Both the position numbers and the translations under genes were made by a program. Source: Escherichia phage W143. Taken from it: a stretch of 64,000 nucleotides of DNA. Below are positions 42,687 to 54,300 of this stretch, piece after piece (within the stretch, counting starts at the first letter, position 1; the number at the start of each line of letters is the position of its first letter). The stretch lies in sequence record MZ189262.1; one strand, 5' to 3'. The notes under the pieces were generated by a model. It had not been told where the DNA came from, did no database searches, and was given only the letters and a program-made list of their open reading frames with translations.

Positions 42687-43319
42687 TCATAGCTGGCATA
42701 ATTCGCAATACTCTGGGTCTTCGAGAGGTATCCAACCTGAATTGAAATACTTTACCATCGATTTAGCAGTTGCATCAGTTATATTTATATTACCTTTAAC
42801 TCTTCGCCATCCAGGAGTTTTACCGTACAGATTAGAGGATAATAATAACACATAATTCTCGTAAGCAATATGAGATAATTTCCAAGACTCTATATTAGCT
42901 CGTGATGTTTTCCAAGGTCTAAAATCGTCACGGTTCATATAATTAGCCAATCTCATATGCTCTCTAACTTCCGGGTCTTTGGCTGGATGAGTTTCACCAC
43001 TCACACCAAATCCGCCGCCAGCATATACCAGATTAAAATAGTCTGGATTATCTCTGGCATTTACTTCAAGTTGGTATTTTCGCTCTGCTTCAATAACATC
43101 CAAATCATCATCAATTTGAATTATTTTAACGCTCGGTTTTTGAAGCATTACCGCATTTAAAAATCTTTTTTGTTTACACGAACTCCAGTATTCCTTTCCG
43201 GAAGAGTCATATATTATTCCATTCTCAAATGAGCAATTTAATTTACTGCCGATATAGTAGTACGGCGGAGTCTTATTTTTGACACGGTCTTCAAATGTAA
43301 ACCAATATACTATATTCAT
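42687..43319 (-). CDS. segG: GIY-YIG homing endonuclease (SegG-like)
   Basis: 210 aa; N-terminal NIVYWFTF...YYYIGSK (GIY-x10-YIG pattern); between genes 32 and 59, where T4 carries segG (recalled). Confidence 0.7.
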   Translation of the reverse strand: MNIVYWFTFEDRVKNKTPPYYYIGSKLNCSFENGIIYDSSGKEYWSSCKQKRFLNAVMLQKPSVKIIQIDDDLDVIEAERKYQLEVNARDNPDYFNLVYAGGGFGVSGETHPAKDPEVREHMRLANYMNRDDFRPWKTSRANIESWKLSHIAYENYVLLLSSNLYGKTPGWRRVKGNINITDATAKSMVKYFNSGWIPLEDPEYCELCQL

Positions 43320-43320
43320 A

Positions 43321-43974
43321 TTAATACTTACAGGATTTCACAGTTTCAATGAAAACACTTTTAGCTTTCTGTGAATCAATATTTAAAATTTTTCTATAAG
43401 CTTTTAACTTTATAGAATAATTATTCCAGACTAAATTATCAGTCTGTTCATCATGTTTATCGATTATATTTAAAAACGAATCAAGCAAGATAAACGTCTC
43501 AAACGAAATTATATTCGATTGAAGTAGTTTAAAAATATAACTTGATTGAACTTTTGGATTATATTCAAAGATTTCTTTAAAAGCAGAAACTTCAACTTTT
43601 TTACTAAAATAATAAATGTTGCGAATATCTTCTTCAAACTTAAATTTAATTTGCTTTAAGCGTCCGATATATTCACGATAAAACACAAGTGCATCAGCGT
43701 CAGAGATGTCACCAATCCAAGCATCTTGGTTAGCAACCAGATTGCTTATAAAGATTAAAGCAAGTTCCTTTAATTTATATTTTTCTGATAACTTCTGGAA
43801 AAAATACTTATCCCTTCGCTTTTGATAAGCGGCATCAGACACCCGCATGCACCAATTATACTTAATTACATCATACTTTCCATTCATATGTTGTTTTATC
43901 ATTAAGTATAATTTATAAACTGATTTACCATCAATGTATCTTTCACCACCAGCAGGCATGCGGAGTTTAATCAT
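43321..43974 (-). CDS. 59: helicase loader gp59
   Basis: 217 aa, MIKLRMPAGGERYIDGKSVYKLYLMIKQ...; matches T4 gp59. Confidence 0.95.
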   Translation of the reverse strand: MIKLRMPAGGERYIDGKSVYKLYLMIKQHMNGKYDVIKYNWCMRVSDAAYQKRRDKYFFQKLSEKYKLKELALIFISNLVANQDAWIGDISDADALVFYREYIGRLKQIKFKFEEDIRNIYYFSKKVEVSAFKEIFEYNPKVQSSYIFKLLQSNIISFETFILLDSFLNIIDKHDEQTDNLVWNNYSIKLKAYRKILNIDSQKAKSVFIETVKSCKY

Positions 43975-44309
43975 AGTAGAAAATCTAATGTATTAGTTTT
44001 TTCACAACGAACAACAGAAGGACGTAAAAGATTTTCGTCAATAGCTTCTGACTGAATTTTTTCAATTATACCCGAAGGAATAAATTTAGCAAATTGAGTT
44101 TCAGGAATAGAATTTTCTTCCAAGAATGCTGTTGTAGCTTCAAGATAACTCATTCCAAATTCTTCTACCATTTTTTCAATAATAAATCCATTTTCTTGGC
44201 GGTCAAGAAGCTTTGCAATTTCATCCTTTTCTTTCTTAATTGAAAGTTCTTTTTCTGAAAGACCGGTCTCATCGACCGGACGAATATCATTTAGAGAAAA
44301 CTGTGTCAT
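43971..44309 (-). CDS. 33: late transcription co-activator gp33
   Basis: 112 aa from ATG 44309 (MTQFSLNDIRPVDETGL...); ORF-track start at 44318 is TTG. Confidence 0.9.
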   Translation of the reverse strand: MTQFSLNDIRPVDETGLSEKELSIKKEKDEIAKLLDRQENGFIIEKMVEEFGMSYLEATTAFLEENSIPETQFAKFIPSGIIEKIQSEAIDENLLRPSVVRCEKTNTLDFLL

Positions 44310-44556
44310 AAAGTTCAACTACCTCTTCAGTTTCAGCTTCAAACACATCACGGTTATCTTTATGATACAAAGCTAATAGACGATTAAACATCTTACTATC
44401 AACGCCAAGTTCATCTTTGGCACGAATTCGAATATCTTTAATCAATTCATTATAACCAGAAATTTTCAGTTTATGGTCAGATGCTTCTTTAATAAATTTA
44501 GCTAAATCTTCGCCGTGGATAGCTTCATCAAATTCAACCATTTCTTTTTTAGCCAT
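44287..44556 (-). CDS. dsbA: double-stranded DNA-binding protein DsbA
   Basis: 89-aa ORF in T4 dsbA position, overlapping the gene 33 start. Confidence 0.85.
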   Translation of the reverse strand: MAKKEMVEFDEAIHGEDLAKFIKEASDHKLKISGYNELIKDIRIRAKDELGVDSKMFNRLLALYHKDNRDVFEAETEEVVELYDTVFSK

Positions 44557-44564
44557 TATTCACC

Positions 44565-45482
44565 TCAAAATTCGTTAATGCTATTAGTTAATTTAGAAAG
44601 ACCCGCTTTTACAAAATATGAATAAATTTTGCCACGCGGTGGTAATTTATATGAATTATAGTAATTCACAATGTTTGAAGCAATATTATCAGGAATATAA
44701 TCAAAATCAATTAGAACTAAATTTTCTTTATAACGATTATATTCAGATTCAGTGAGAAGCACCTTAGCTTGCTCACGGTCATTAGCAATAGCTTCAACAA
44801 CAGATGTTTTCATTGAAGGAGTTCGTTCACCTTCAACTCTAGTAAACCAAAAGTCAGATCGTACTTTAACTGAAGCAACGTTATCCTTTTTATCGCCTTT
44901 AAGGATTTTAGTCATACAGTCAATTTCAGCAGAACCGCTTTTAATTTTAACCCATTTCTTGTGCATCGGTGACCATTGCTTAACGTTTGGGTATTTATGA
45001 AGTTGAGTAAAGTCACCATCCGATGAAATGATTAAAATTTTATGTCCTTCTAAAGAGAACTTTTTAACAAGAACAGCAATGTGATCATCTGCTTCATACT
45101 TATCAATATCCATAACAATGTATGGCATATAAGCTTTCAATTCATCTATAACTTTATGACTGGATTCAAAATAACCTTCCCAGTCCCAAGTAGATTCTTC
45201 TCGTGCTTTTCCACGGTTTTTCTTATAGTAATAAGCGAAATCACGACGCCAGTATCCAGATTTCGCGTTATCGATACACAGTATAATTTTAGTGTATCCA
45301 AGAGTTTTTGCTTTTTTAACATTGAACTTAATTGAGTTCAATATCAAATGACGAACCATTGATAAATTAATTTTTTCTTTATCTGGAAAGTTTACTAAAG
45401 CAGTTGAAAGCGCAATTTGACTAAAGTCAATTAAGCAAATTCCTTCTTTGTAATCTTCATCCAGCATCATTTCTAAATCCAT
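44565..45482 (-). CDS. rnh: RNase H (5'-3' exonuclease, FEN family)
   Basis: 305 aa from ATG 45482 (MDLEMMLDEDYKEGICLIDF...) with GAGG SD; ORF-track TTG start at 45497 is an over-extension. Confidence 0.95.
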   Translation of the reverse strand: MDLEMMLDEDYKEGICLIDFSQIALSTALVNFPDKEKINLSMVRHLILNSIKFNVKKAKTLGYTKIILCIDNAKSGYWRRDFAYYYKKNRGKAREESTWDWEGYFESSHKVIDELKAYMPYIVMDIDKYEADDHIAVLVKKFSLEGHKILIISSDGDFTQLHKYPNVKQWSPMHKKWVKIKSGSAEIDCMTKILKGDKKDNVASVKVRSDFWFTRVEGERTPSMKTSVVEAIANDREQAKVLLTESEYNRYKENLVLIDFDYIPDNIASNIVNYYNSYKLPPRGKIYSYFVKAGLSKLTNSINEF

Positions 45483-45544
45483 ATGAACCTCGTTCAATTA
45501 GTGAGATTTCTATTATATACTATCCAAATCTTAAAGTAAACAAG

Positions 45545-45552
45545 TATAAATA
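45545..45552 (+). promoter_or_regulatory. late promoter TATAAATA for gene 34
   Basis: Exact TATAAATA 35 nt upstream of gp34 ATG 45587; SD AGGAG at 45572-45576. Confidence 0.8.
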
Positions 45553-45586
45553 CTTATTATTGAAAACACAATAGGAGCCCGGGAGA

Positions 45587-48500
45587 ATGGCCGAGATTAA
45601 AAGAAAGTTCAGAGCAGAAGATGGTCTGGACGCAGGTGGCGATAAAATAATCAACGTAGCTTTAGCTGATCGTACCGTAGGAACTGACGGTGTTAACGTT
45701 GATTACTTAATTCAAGAAAACACAGTTCAACAATACGATCCAACTCGTGGATATTTAAAAGATTTTGTAATCATTTATGATAACCGCTTTTGGGCTGCTA
45801 TAAATGATATTCCAAAACCAGCAGGAGCTTTTAATAGCGTACGCTGGAGAGCATTACGTACTGATGCTAATTGGACAACTGTTTCATCAGGACCTTATCA
45901 ATTAAAGTCAGGCGAATCAATTTCAGTTGATACTGCATCTGGTAATGACATTACATTTACTTTACCATCTTCCCCAATTGATGGAGATACTATCGTTCTC
46001 CAAGACATTGGAGGAAAACCTGGAGTTAACCAAGTTTTAATTACAGCTCCGGTGCAAAGCATTGTAAATTTTAGAGGTCAGCAAGTACGATCAGTACTAA
46101 TGACTCATCCAAAATCGCAGATAGTTTTAATTTTTAGTAATCGTCTGTGGCAAATGTATGTTGCTGATTATAGCAGAGAAGCTGCAATTGCAACACCAGC
46201 GAATACTTATCAAGCGCAATCCAACGATTTTATCGTACGTAGATTTACTTCTGCTGCACCAATTAATGTTAAACTTCCAAGATTTGCTAATCATGGCGAT
46301 ATTATTAATTTCGTCGATTTAGATAAACTAAATCCGCTTTATCATACAATTGTTACTACATACGATGAAACGACTTCAATACAAGAAGTTGGAACTCATT
46401 CCATTGAAGGCCGTACAACGATTGACGGTTTCTTGATGTTTGATGATAATGAGAAATTGTGGAGATTGTTTGACGGGGATAGTAAAGCGCGTTTACACAT
46501 TATAACGACTAATTCTAATATTCGTCCAAATGAAGAAGTTATGGTATTTGGTGCGAATAACGGAACAGCTCAGACAATTGAACTTCAGCTTCCGACTGAT
46601 ATTTCTGTTGGTGATACTGTTAAAATTTCCATGAATTACATGAGAAAAGGACAAACAGTTAAAATCAAAGCTGCTGATGAAGATAAAATTGCTTCTTCAG
46701 TTCAATTGCTGCAATTCCCAAAACGCTCAGAATATCCGCCTGAAACTAAATGGGTAACTGTCCAAGAATTAGTTTTTAATGGCGAAACTAATTATGTTCC
46801 AGTTTTAGAGCTTGCTTATATAGAAGATTCTGATGGAAAATACTGGGTTGTACAGCAAAACGTTCCAACTGTAGAAAGAGTAGATTCTTTAAATGATTCT
46901 ACTAGAGCAAGATTAGGCGTAATTGCTTTAGCTACACAAGCTCAAGCTAATGTCGATTTAGAAAATTCTCCACAAAAAGAATTGGCAATTACTCCAGAAA
47001 CATTAGCTAACCGTACTGCTACAGAAACTCGCAGAGGTATCGCAAGAATAGCAACTACTGCTCAAGTGAATCAGAACACCACATTCTCTTTTGCAGATGA
47101 CCTTATCATTACTCCTAAAAAGCTGAATGAAAGAACTGCTACAGAAACTCGTAGAGGTGTTGCTGAAATTGCTACGCAGCAAGAAACTAATACAGGAACC
47201 GATGATACTACAATCATTACTCCTAAAAAGCTTCAAGCTCGTCAAGGTTCTGAATCATTATCTGGTATTGTAACTTTTGTATCTACTGCAGGTGCTACTC
47301 CAGCTTCTAGCCGTGAATTAAATGGTACGAATGTTTATAATAAAAACACTAATAATTTAGTTGTTTCACCTAAAGCTTTGGATCAGTATAAAGCTACTCC
47401 AACGCAGCAAGGTGCAGTAATTTTAGCAGTTGAAAGTGAAGTAATTGCTGGACAAAGTCAGCAAGGATGGGCAAATGCTGTTGTAACGCCAGAAACGTTA
47501 CATAAAAAGACATCAACTGATGGAAGAATTGGTTTAATTGAAATTGCTACGCAAAGTGAAGTTAATACAGGAACTGATTATACTCGTGCAGTCACTCCTA
47601 AAACTTTAAATGGTCGTAAAGCAACTGAAAGTTTAAGTGGTATAGCTGAAATTGCTACGCAAGTTGAATTCGACGCAGGCGTCGACGATACTCGTATCTC
47701 TACACCATTAAAAATTAAAACTAGATTTAATAGTACTGATCGTACTTCTGTTGTTGCTCTATCTGGATTAGTTGAATCAGGAACTCTCTGGGACCATTAT
47801 ACCCTTAATATTCTTGAAGCAAATGAGACACAACGTGGTACACTTCGTGTGGCTACGCAAGTTGAAGCTGCTGCAGGAACATTAGATAATGTTTTAATAA
47901 CTCCTAAAAAGCTTTTAGGTACTAAATCTACTGAAGCACAGGAAGGCGTTATTAAGGTTGCAACTCAGTCTGAAACTGTAGCTGGAACGTCAGCAAATAC
48001 TGCTGTATCTCCAAAAAATTTAAAATGGATTGTGCAGAGTGAACCTACTTGGGCAGCTACTACTCTGGTAAGAGGTTTTGTTAAAACTTCATCCGGTTCT
48101 ATTACATTCGTTGGTAATGATACAGTCGGTTCTACACAGAACTTAGAGCTATATGAGAAAAATAGCTATGCAGTATCACCATATGAATTAAACCGTGTAT
48201 TAGCAAATTATTTGCCGTTAAAAGCAAAAGCTGCTGATACAAATTTATTGGATGGTCTAGATTCATCCCAGTTCATTCGTAGGGATATTGCACAGACGGT
48301 TAATGGTTCACTAACCTTAACCCAGCAAACGAATCTGAGTGCCCCTCTTGTATCATCTAGTACTGCTACGTTCGGTGGATCAGTTTCGGCAAATAGTACA
48401 TTAACTATTTCTAATACTGGAACGGCAACTCGTCTGATTTTTGAGAAAGGACCTCAAACTGGAACTAACCCAGCACAGACGATGACTATCAGAGTATGGG

Positions 48501-49456
48501 GAAATCAGTTTGGCGGCGGCTCGGATACGACTCGTTCTACCGTGTTTGAAGTTGGCGATGAAACATCTCATCACTTTTATTCTCAACGCAATAAAGATGG
48601 TAGTATAGCGTTTATCATTAATGGTACTGTAATGCCAATAAATGTTAATGCTTCCGGTTTGATGAATGTGAATGGCACTGCAACATTCGGTCGTTCAGTT
48701 ACAGCCAATGGTGAATTCATTAGCAAATCATCGAATGCTTTTAGAGCTATTAGTGGTAATTACGGATTCTTTATTCGTAATGATGGTGCTAATGTCTATT
48801 TTATGCTAACTAATTCAAGTGACCAAACTGGTGGTTTTAATGGATTACGTCCTTTAGCTATTAACAATGCATCCGGTCAAGTAACGATTGGTGAAGGCTT
48901 AATCGTTGCCAAAGGTGTTACTATAAACTCAGGTGGCTTAACTGTTAACTCGAGAATTCGTTCTCAGGGCATTAAAACATCTGACTTATATACCCGTGCG
49001 CCAACATCTGATACTGTAGGATTCTGGTCAATTGACATTAATGATTCAGCTACTTATAACCAGTTCCCAGGTTATTTTAAAATGGTTGAAAAAACTAATG
49101 AGGTGACTGGACTTCCATACTTAGAACGTGGAGAAGAGGTTAAATCTCCTGGTACATTGACTCAATTTGGTAATACACTTGATTCTCTTTACCAAGATTG
49201 GATTACTTATCCAACAACTCCAGAAGCGCGTACCACTCGCTGGACACGTACATGGCAGAAAACCAAAAACTCCTGGTCAAGTTTTGTTCAGGTATTTGAC
49301 GGAGGTAACCCTCCTCAACCATCTGATATCGGTGCTTTACCATCTGATAATGCTACAATGGGGAATCTTACTATTCGTGATTTCTTACGAATTGGTAATG
49401 TTCGCATTATTCCTGACCCAGTGAATAAAACGGTTAAATTTGAATGGGTTGAATAA
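45587..49456 (+). CDS. 34: long tail fibre proximal subunit gp34
   Basis: 1289 aa with repeated beta-rich ATQxExNxGTDDTxxITPKKL-type motifs; same length as T4 gp34. Confidence 0.95.
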   Translation: MAEIKRKFRAEDGLDAGGDKIINVALADRTVGTDGVNVDYLIQENTVQQYDPTRGYLKDFVIIYDNRFWAAINDIPKPAGAFNSVRWRALRTDANWTTVSSGPYQLKSGESISVDTASGNDITFTLPSSPIDGDTIVLQDIGGKPGVNQVLITAPVQSIVNFRGQQVRSVLMTHPKSQIVLIFSNRLWQMYVADYSREAAIATPANTYQAQSNDFIVRRFTSAAPINVKLPRFANHGDIINFVDLDKLNPLYHTIVTTYDETTSIQEVGTHSIEGRTTIDGFLMFDDNEKLWRLFDGDSKARLHIITTNSNIRPNEEVMVFGANNGTAQTIELQLPTDISVGDTVKISMNYMRKGQTVKIKAADEDKIASSVQLLQFPKRSEYPPETKWVTVQELVFNGETNYVPVLELAYIEDSDGKYWVVQQNVPTVERVDSLNDSTRARLGVIALATQAQANVDLENSPQKELAITPETLANRTATETRRGIARIATTAQVNQNTTFSFADDLIITPKKLNERTATETRRGVAEIATQQETNTGTDDTTIITPKKLQARQGSESLSGIVTFVSTAGATPASSRELNGTNVYNKNTNNLVVSPKALDQYKATPTQQGAVILAVESEVIAGQSQQGWANAVVTPETLHKKTSTDGRIGLIEIATQSEVNTGTDYTRAVTPKTLNGRKATESLSGIAEIATQVEFDAGVDDTRISTPLKIKTRFNSTDRTSVVALSGLVESGTLWDHYTLNILEANETQRGTLRVATQVEAAAGTLDNVLITPKKLLGTKSTEAQEGVIKVATQSETVAGTSANTAVSPKNLKWIVQSEPTWAATTLVRGFVKTSSGSITFVGNDTVGSTQNLELYEKNSYAVSPYELNRVLANYLPLKAKAADTNLLDGLDSSQFIRRDIAQTVNGSLTLTQQTNLSAPLVSSSTATFGGSVSANSTLTISNTGTATRLIFEKGPQTGTNPAQTMTIRVWGNQFGGGSDTTRSTVFEVGDETSHHFYSQRNKDGSIAFIINGTVMPINVNASGLMNVNGTATFGRSVTANGEFISKSSNAFRAISGNYGFFIRNDGANVYFMLTNSSDQTGGFNGLRPLAINNASGQVTIGEGLIVAKGVTINSGGLTVNSRIRSQGIKTSDLYTRAPTSDTVGFWSIDINDSATYNQFPGYFKMVEKTNEVTGLPYLERGEEVKSPGTLTQFGNTLDSLYQDWITYPTTPEARTTRWTRTWQKTKNSWSSFVQVFDGGNPPQPSDIGALPSDNATMGNLTIRDFLRIGNVRIIPDPVNKTVKFEWVE

Positions 49457-49464
49457 GAGGTATT

Positions 49465-50580
49465 ATGGAAAAATTTATGGCAGAGTTTGGACAAGGATAT
49501 GTCCAAACGCCATTTTTATCGGAAAGTAATTCAGTAAGATATAAAATAAGTATAGCGGGTTCTTGCCCACTTTCTACAGCAGGACCGTACGTTAAATTTC
49601 AGGATAATCCCGTCGGAAATCAAGCATTTAATGCAGGTCTTCATTTAAGAGTTTTTGACCCTTCTACAGGAGCATTAGTTGATAGTAAGTCATATGCTTT
49701 TTCGACTTCAAATGATACTACATCAGCTGCTTTTGTTAGTTTCATGAATTCTTTGACGAATAATAGACTTGTTGCTATATTAACTAACGGAAAAGTTAAT
49801 TTTCCTCCTGAAGTAGTATCTTGGATAAGAGCCGCAGGAACGTCTGCTTTTCCATCTGATTCTATATTGTCAAGATTCGACGTATCATATGCTGCTTTTT
49901 ACACTTCTTCTAAAAGAGCTATTGCATTAGAGCATGTTAAATTAAGTAATAGAAAAAGCACAGATGATTATCAAACTATTTTAGATGTTGTATTTGACAG
50001 TTTAGAAGATGTTGGAGCTACAGGATTTCCTAAAAGAACGTATGAAAGCGTTGATCAATTTATGTCGGCAGTTGGCGGAACTAATAACGAAATTGCGCGA
50101 TTACCAACTTCAGCTGCTATAAGTAAACTCTCTGATTATAATTTAATTCCTGGCGATGTTCTTTATCTTAAAGCTCAGTTATATGCCGATGCTGATTTAC
50201 TTGCGCTTGGAACCACAAATATATCTATCCGTTTTTATAACGCATCTAATGGATATATTTCCTCGACACAAGCTGAGTTTACCGGGCAAGCTGGGTCTTG
50301 GGAATTAAAAGAAGATTATGTAGTTGTTCCAGAAAACGCTGTCGGATTTACGATATATGCACAAAGAACATCACAAGCTGGTCAAGGTGGCATGAGAAAT
50401 TTAAGCTTTTCTGAAGTGTCAAGAAATGGGGGTATTTCGAAACCTGCTGAATTTGGCGTCAATGGCATTCGTGTTAATTATATCTGTGAATCTGCTTCAC
50501 CTCCGGATATAATGGTACTTCCTACACAAGCATCGTCTAAAACTGGTAAAGTGTTTGGGCAAGAATTTAGAGAAGTATAA
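49465..50580 (+). CDS. 35: long tail fibre hinge protein gp35
   Basis: 371-aa ORF immediately after gene 34. Confidence 0.9.
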   Translation: MEKFMAEFGQGYVQTPFLSESNSVRYKISIAGSCPLSTAGPYVKFQDNPVGNQAFNAGLHLRVFDPSTGALVDSKSYAFSTSNDTTSAAFVSFMNSLTNNRLVAILTNGKVNFPPEVVSWIRAAGTSAFPSDSILSRFDVSYAAFYTSSKRAIALEHVKLSNRKSTDDYQTILDVVFDSLEDVGATGFPKRTYESVDQFMSAVGGTNNEIARLPTSAAISKLSDYNLIPGDVLYLKAQLYADADLLALGTTNISIRFYNASNGYISSTQAEFTGQAGSWELKEDYVVVPENAVGFTIYAQRTSQAGQGGMRNLSFSEVSRNGGISKPAEFGVNGIRVNYICESASPPDIMVLPTQASSKTGKVFGQEFREV

Positions 50581-50585
50581 ATTGA

Positions 50586-50614
50586 GGGAGCCTTCGGGTT
50601 CCCTTTTTTTTCTT
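50586..50614 (+). terminator. intrinsic terminator after gene 35
   Basis: GGGAGCC-TTCG-GGTTCCC hairpin followed by a T9 run. Confidence 0.8.
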
Positions 50615-50622
50615 TATAAATA
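50615..50622 (+). promoter_or_regulatory. late promoter TATAAATA for gene 36
   Basis: Exact TATAAATA directly after the terminator, 24 nt upstream of gp36 ATG 50646. Confidence 0.8.
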
Positions 50623-50645
50623 CTATTAAAATAAAGGGGCATACA

Positions 50646-51308
50646 ATGGCTGATTTAAAAGTAGGTTCAACAACTGGAGGCTCTGTCATTTGGCATCAAG
50701 GAAATTTTCCATTGAATCCAGCCGGTGACGATGTACTCTATAAATCATTTAAAATATATTCAGAATATAATAAACCACAAGCTGCAGATAACGATTTCGT
50801 TTCTAAAGCTAATGGTGGTACTTATGCCGCGACTGTTCGATTTAATGGAGGAGTACATGTTCCTACTATAGGTAGTAGTCAACAGTGCGGTGTTTATCCA
50901 GGTAACGGTGATGCAGCTACTTTTGCTATGGCAAATATTGACATCGTTTCGTGGAATGGTATTGGTTTTAAATCATCACAAGGTTCAGCAGACCGAACTG
51001 TTGTAATTAATGCACGTAATGGTGATATTAGTACAAAAGGCGTTGTGACAGCAGTAGGTCAAATAAGAAGTAATGCAGTTTCTCCTGTATCAGCAAATGA
51101 CCTTACTAGAAAAGACTATGTTGATGGAGCAATAAATACTGTTACGGCAAATGCGAACTCTAGAGTGTTACGATCTGGTGACACTATGATTGGTAACTTA
51201 ACTGCGCCAAACTTTTTCTCGCAGAATCCTGCATCCCAACCTTCACATGTTCCACGATTTGACCAAATCGTAATTAAGGATTCTGTTCAAGATTTCGGCT
51301 ATTATTAA
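50646..51308 (+). CDS. 36: long tail fibre distal connector gp36
   Basis: 220-aa ORF; position and size as T4 gp36. Confidence 0.9.
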   Translation: MADLKVGSTTGGSVIWHQGNFPLNPAGDDVLYKSFKIYSEYNKPQAADNDFVSKANGGTYAATVRFNGGVHVPTIGSSQQCGVYPGNGDAATFAMANIDIVSWNGIGFKSSQGSADRTVVINARNGDISTKGVVTAVGQIRSNAVSPVSANDLTRKDYVDGAINTVTANANSRVLRSGDTMIGNLTAPNFFSQNPASQPSHVPRFDQIVIKDSVQDFGYY

Positions 51309-51316
51309 GAGGACTT

Positions 51317-54300
51317 ATGGCTACTTTAAAACAAATACAATTTAAAAGAAGCAAAACCGCAGGTGCACGTCCTGCTGCTTCAGTATTAGCCGAAGGTGAA
51401 TTGGCTATAAACTTAAAAGATAGAACAATTTTTACTAAAGATGATTTAGGAAATATCATTGATCTGGGTTTTGCTAAAGGTGGGCAGGTTGATGGAAATA
51501 TCACTCAAATTGGAGATTATACACAGACCGGAAAATTTAATTTAATTGGCCCACAAATTGTAGAAAGCGGTGGATATATTGAGTTTAACTATCGTACTAC
51601 TGGAAGTGGGTCTTGGACTGGTCAACACACCGCAAAAGCTCCAATTTTTGTAGATTTAAGCTCATCTACTTCCACATCTGAATATAATCCTATAATTAAA
51701 CAACGCTTTAAAGATGGAACTTTTTCATTAGGTACTTTAGTTTCTGAAGGTTCGTTGAAGATTCATTATATCAATGAATCTGGTGATTCGAAATATTGGA
51801 CGTTTCGACGTGACGGTGGATTTACTGTTGACGGTGGAAGTTTAGCCGTATCAGGAGGTAGTATAACTACATCTGGAAACATCGCCGCGTTCGGAAATAT
51901 CACTTCACCACAAATTAATACTAAAAATATTATTTTAGATACAAAAGCATTCGGACAATATGATTCACAATCATTAGTTCAATATGTTTATCCTGGAACA
52001 GGTGAAGAAAATGGTATAAACTATCTTCGTAAAGTTCGAGCTAAATCAGGCGGAACTATTTACCATGAAATTGCTTCTGCGCAGACTGGTAAGAATGATG
52101 AAATTTCTTGGTGGACCGGAAATACACTTACTACTAAATTAATGGGTCTTCGTAATGATGGCGCAATGGTATTACGTCGTTCACTTGCTATTGGCACAAT
52201 TACCACTGATGAAAATACCAACAACTATGGTTCTCCTACTCCAATGGGAGAAAGATATATTGCTTTGGGTGATGCTGCAACCGGTTTAAAATATATTAAG
52301 CAAGGTGTTTATGATTTAGTAGGTAATTGGAATTCTGTTGCTTCTATTACTCCTGATAGTTTCCGTAGTACTCGTAAAGCATTATTTGGACGTTCAGAAG
52401 ACCAAGGCGCTACATGGAACATGCCTGGAAACAACGCCGCGCTTTTATCGGTTCAAACACAAGCTGATGGAAACACTGCTGGCGACGGTCAAACCCACAT
52501 TGGATATAATTCTGGTGGTAAAATGAACCACTATTTTCGTGGTACAGGCCAGATGAATATCAATACCCAGCAAGGTACGGAAATTAACCCGGGTATTTTG
52601 AAATTGGTAACTGGCTCTAATAATGTACAGTTTTATGCCGATGGAACTATTTCTTCTATCCAACCTGTTAAATTAGACAACGAATTATTTTTAAATAGTT
52701 CTAATAATACTGCAGGACTTAAATTTGGCGCCCCTAGCAAAGTTGATGGCTCGAGAATTATCCAATGGAATGCCGGGACCCGTGCAGGACAAAATAAAAA
52801 TTATCTGGTTATGAAAGCTTGGGGTAATGCATTCGACTCCACTGCCGGTAATCGCGAAACTGTATTTGAATTATACGATAGTCAGGGCTATCATTTTTAT
52901 TCTCAACGTTTAGCTCCAACGGGTTCTGAAACTGTCGGTGCTCTTCAATTTAGAATTTCCGGCGCTTTACGTGTGGGTGGTGATATTATATCAGCTGGTT
53001 CTATTGTTAGTGAATCAAGTTTAGTTGCAAATAATGGATTGTCTGTAAATGGTCAAGCTAAATTCGGTGGAACAGCAAATGCATTGAGAATTTGGAATGC
53101 TGAATATGGTGCCATTTTCCGTCGTTCAGAAAATAACTTTTATATTATTCCAACCAATCAAAATGAAGGCGAAAGTGGAGACATTCACAGCTCTTTGAGA
53201 CCTGTGAGAATAGGATTAAACGATGGTATGGTTGGATTAGGAAGAGATTCTTTTATAGTAGATCAAAATAATGCTTTAACTACTATAAACAGTAACTCTC
53301 GCATTAATGCCAACTTTAGAATGCAATTAGGACAAAATGCTTATATAGATATTGAGGCTTCTGACGGCGTTCGTCCAGCAGGTTGTGGTTCATTTGCATC
53401 TCAGAATTACGAAGACGTCAGAGCTCCAATTTATATGAATATAAAGCGTACTTCTACTTCTGAATATATTCCCATTGTTAAACAACGGTATGTAAATGGT
53501 GATAGTACTTATTCTATTGGCACCTTAATTTCTCAAGGAGACTTCCGCGTCCATTATCACCAGGGTACTAGTACTACCGGTACTGATTTAAGTTGGGAAT
53601 TCCGTCGCACAGGCGATTTCCGCGCGGCTGGTAAAATTATTGCAGGTTCAGCTCAATTAGGTACTGATGGTAATATTACTGGTGGTTCTGGTAATTTTGC
53701 TAACTTAAACAGTACAATTGAATCACTTAAAACTGATATTGTTTCAAGTTATCCAATTGGTGCTCCGATTCCTTGGCCTACTGATACACCTCCTGAAGGT
53801 TATGCCATAATGGAAGGTCAGACTTTTGATAAGTCTGCATATCCAAAGTTAGCTGTTGCATATCCTAGTGGTGTTATTCCAGATATGCGTGGACAAACTA
53901 TCAAGGGTAAACCAAGTGGACGTGCTGTGTTAAGTGCTGAAGCCGATGGTATTAAGTCTCATAGCCATAGTGCATCTGCTTCAAGTACTGACTTAGGCAC
54001 TAAAACCACATCAAGCTTTGACTATGGTACGAAGGGCACTAATAGTGCTGGTCATCACGCACACTCTGGTAGTGGTTCTACCAGCACAAATGGTGAGCAC
54101 GTTCACGCCATCGAGGCATGGAACGGGACTGGTGCAGGTGGTAATAAGATGTCATCATATGCCGTCGCGTATAGGGCGGGTGGGAGTAACACTAATTCAG
54201 CAGGGAGCCACAGCCACACTTTCTCTTTTGGGACTAGCGGTGCTGGCGACCATTCCCACTCTGTAGGCATTGGTGCTCACAGCCACACGGTAGCGATTGG

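Noticed and set aside
41923-42855. Plus-strand ORFs (159 and 137 aa) overlapping gene 32 and the segG-like gene
   Set aside because: Antisense to two strongly supported genes; Phe-rich low-complexity translation.
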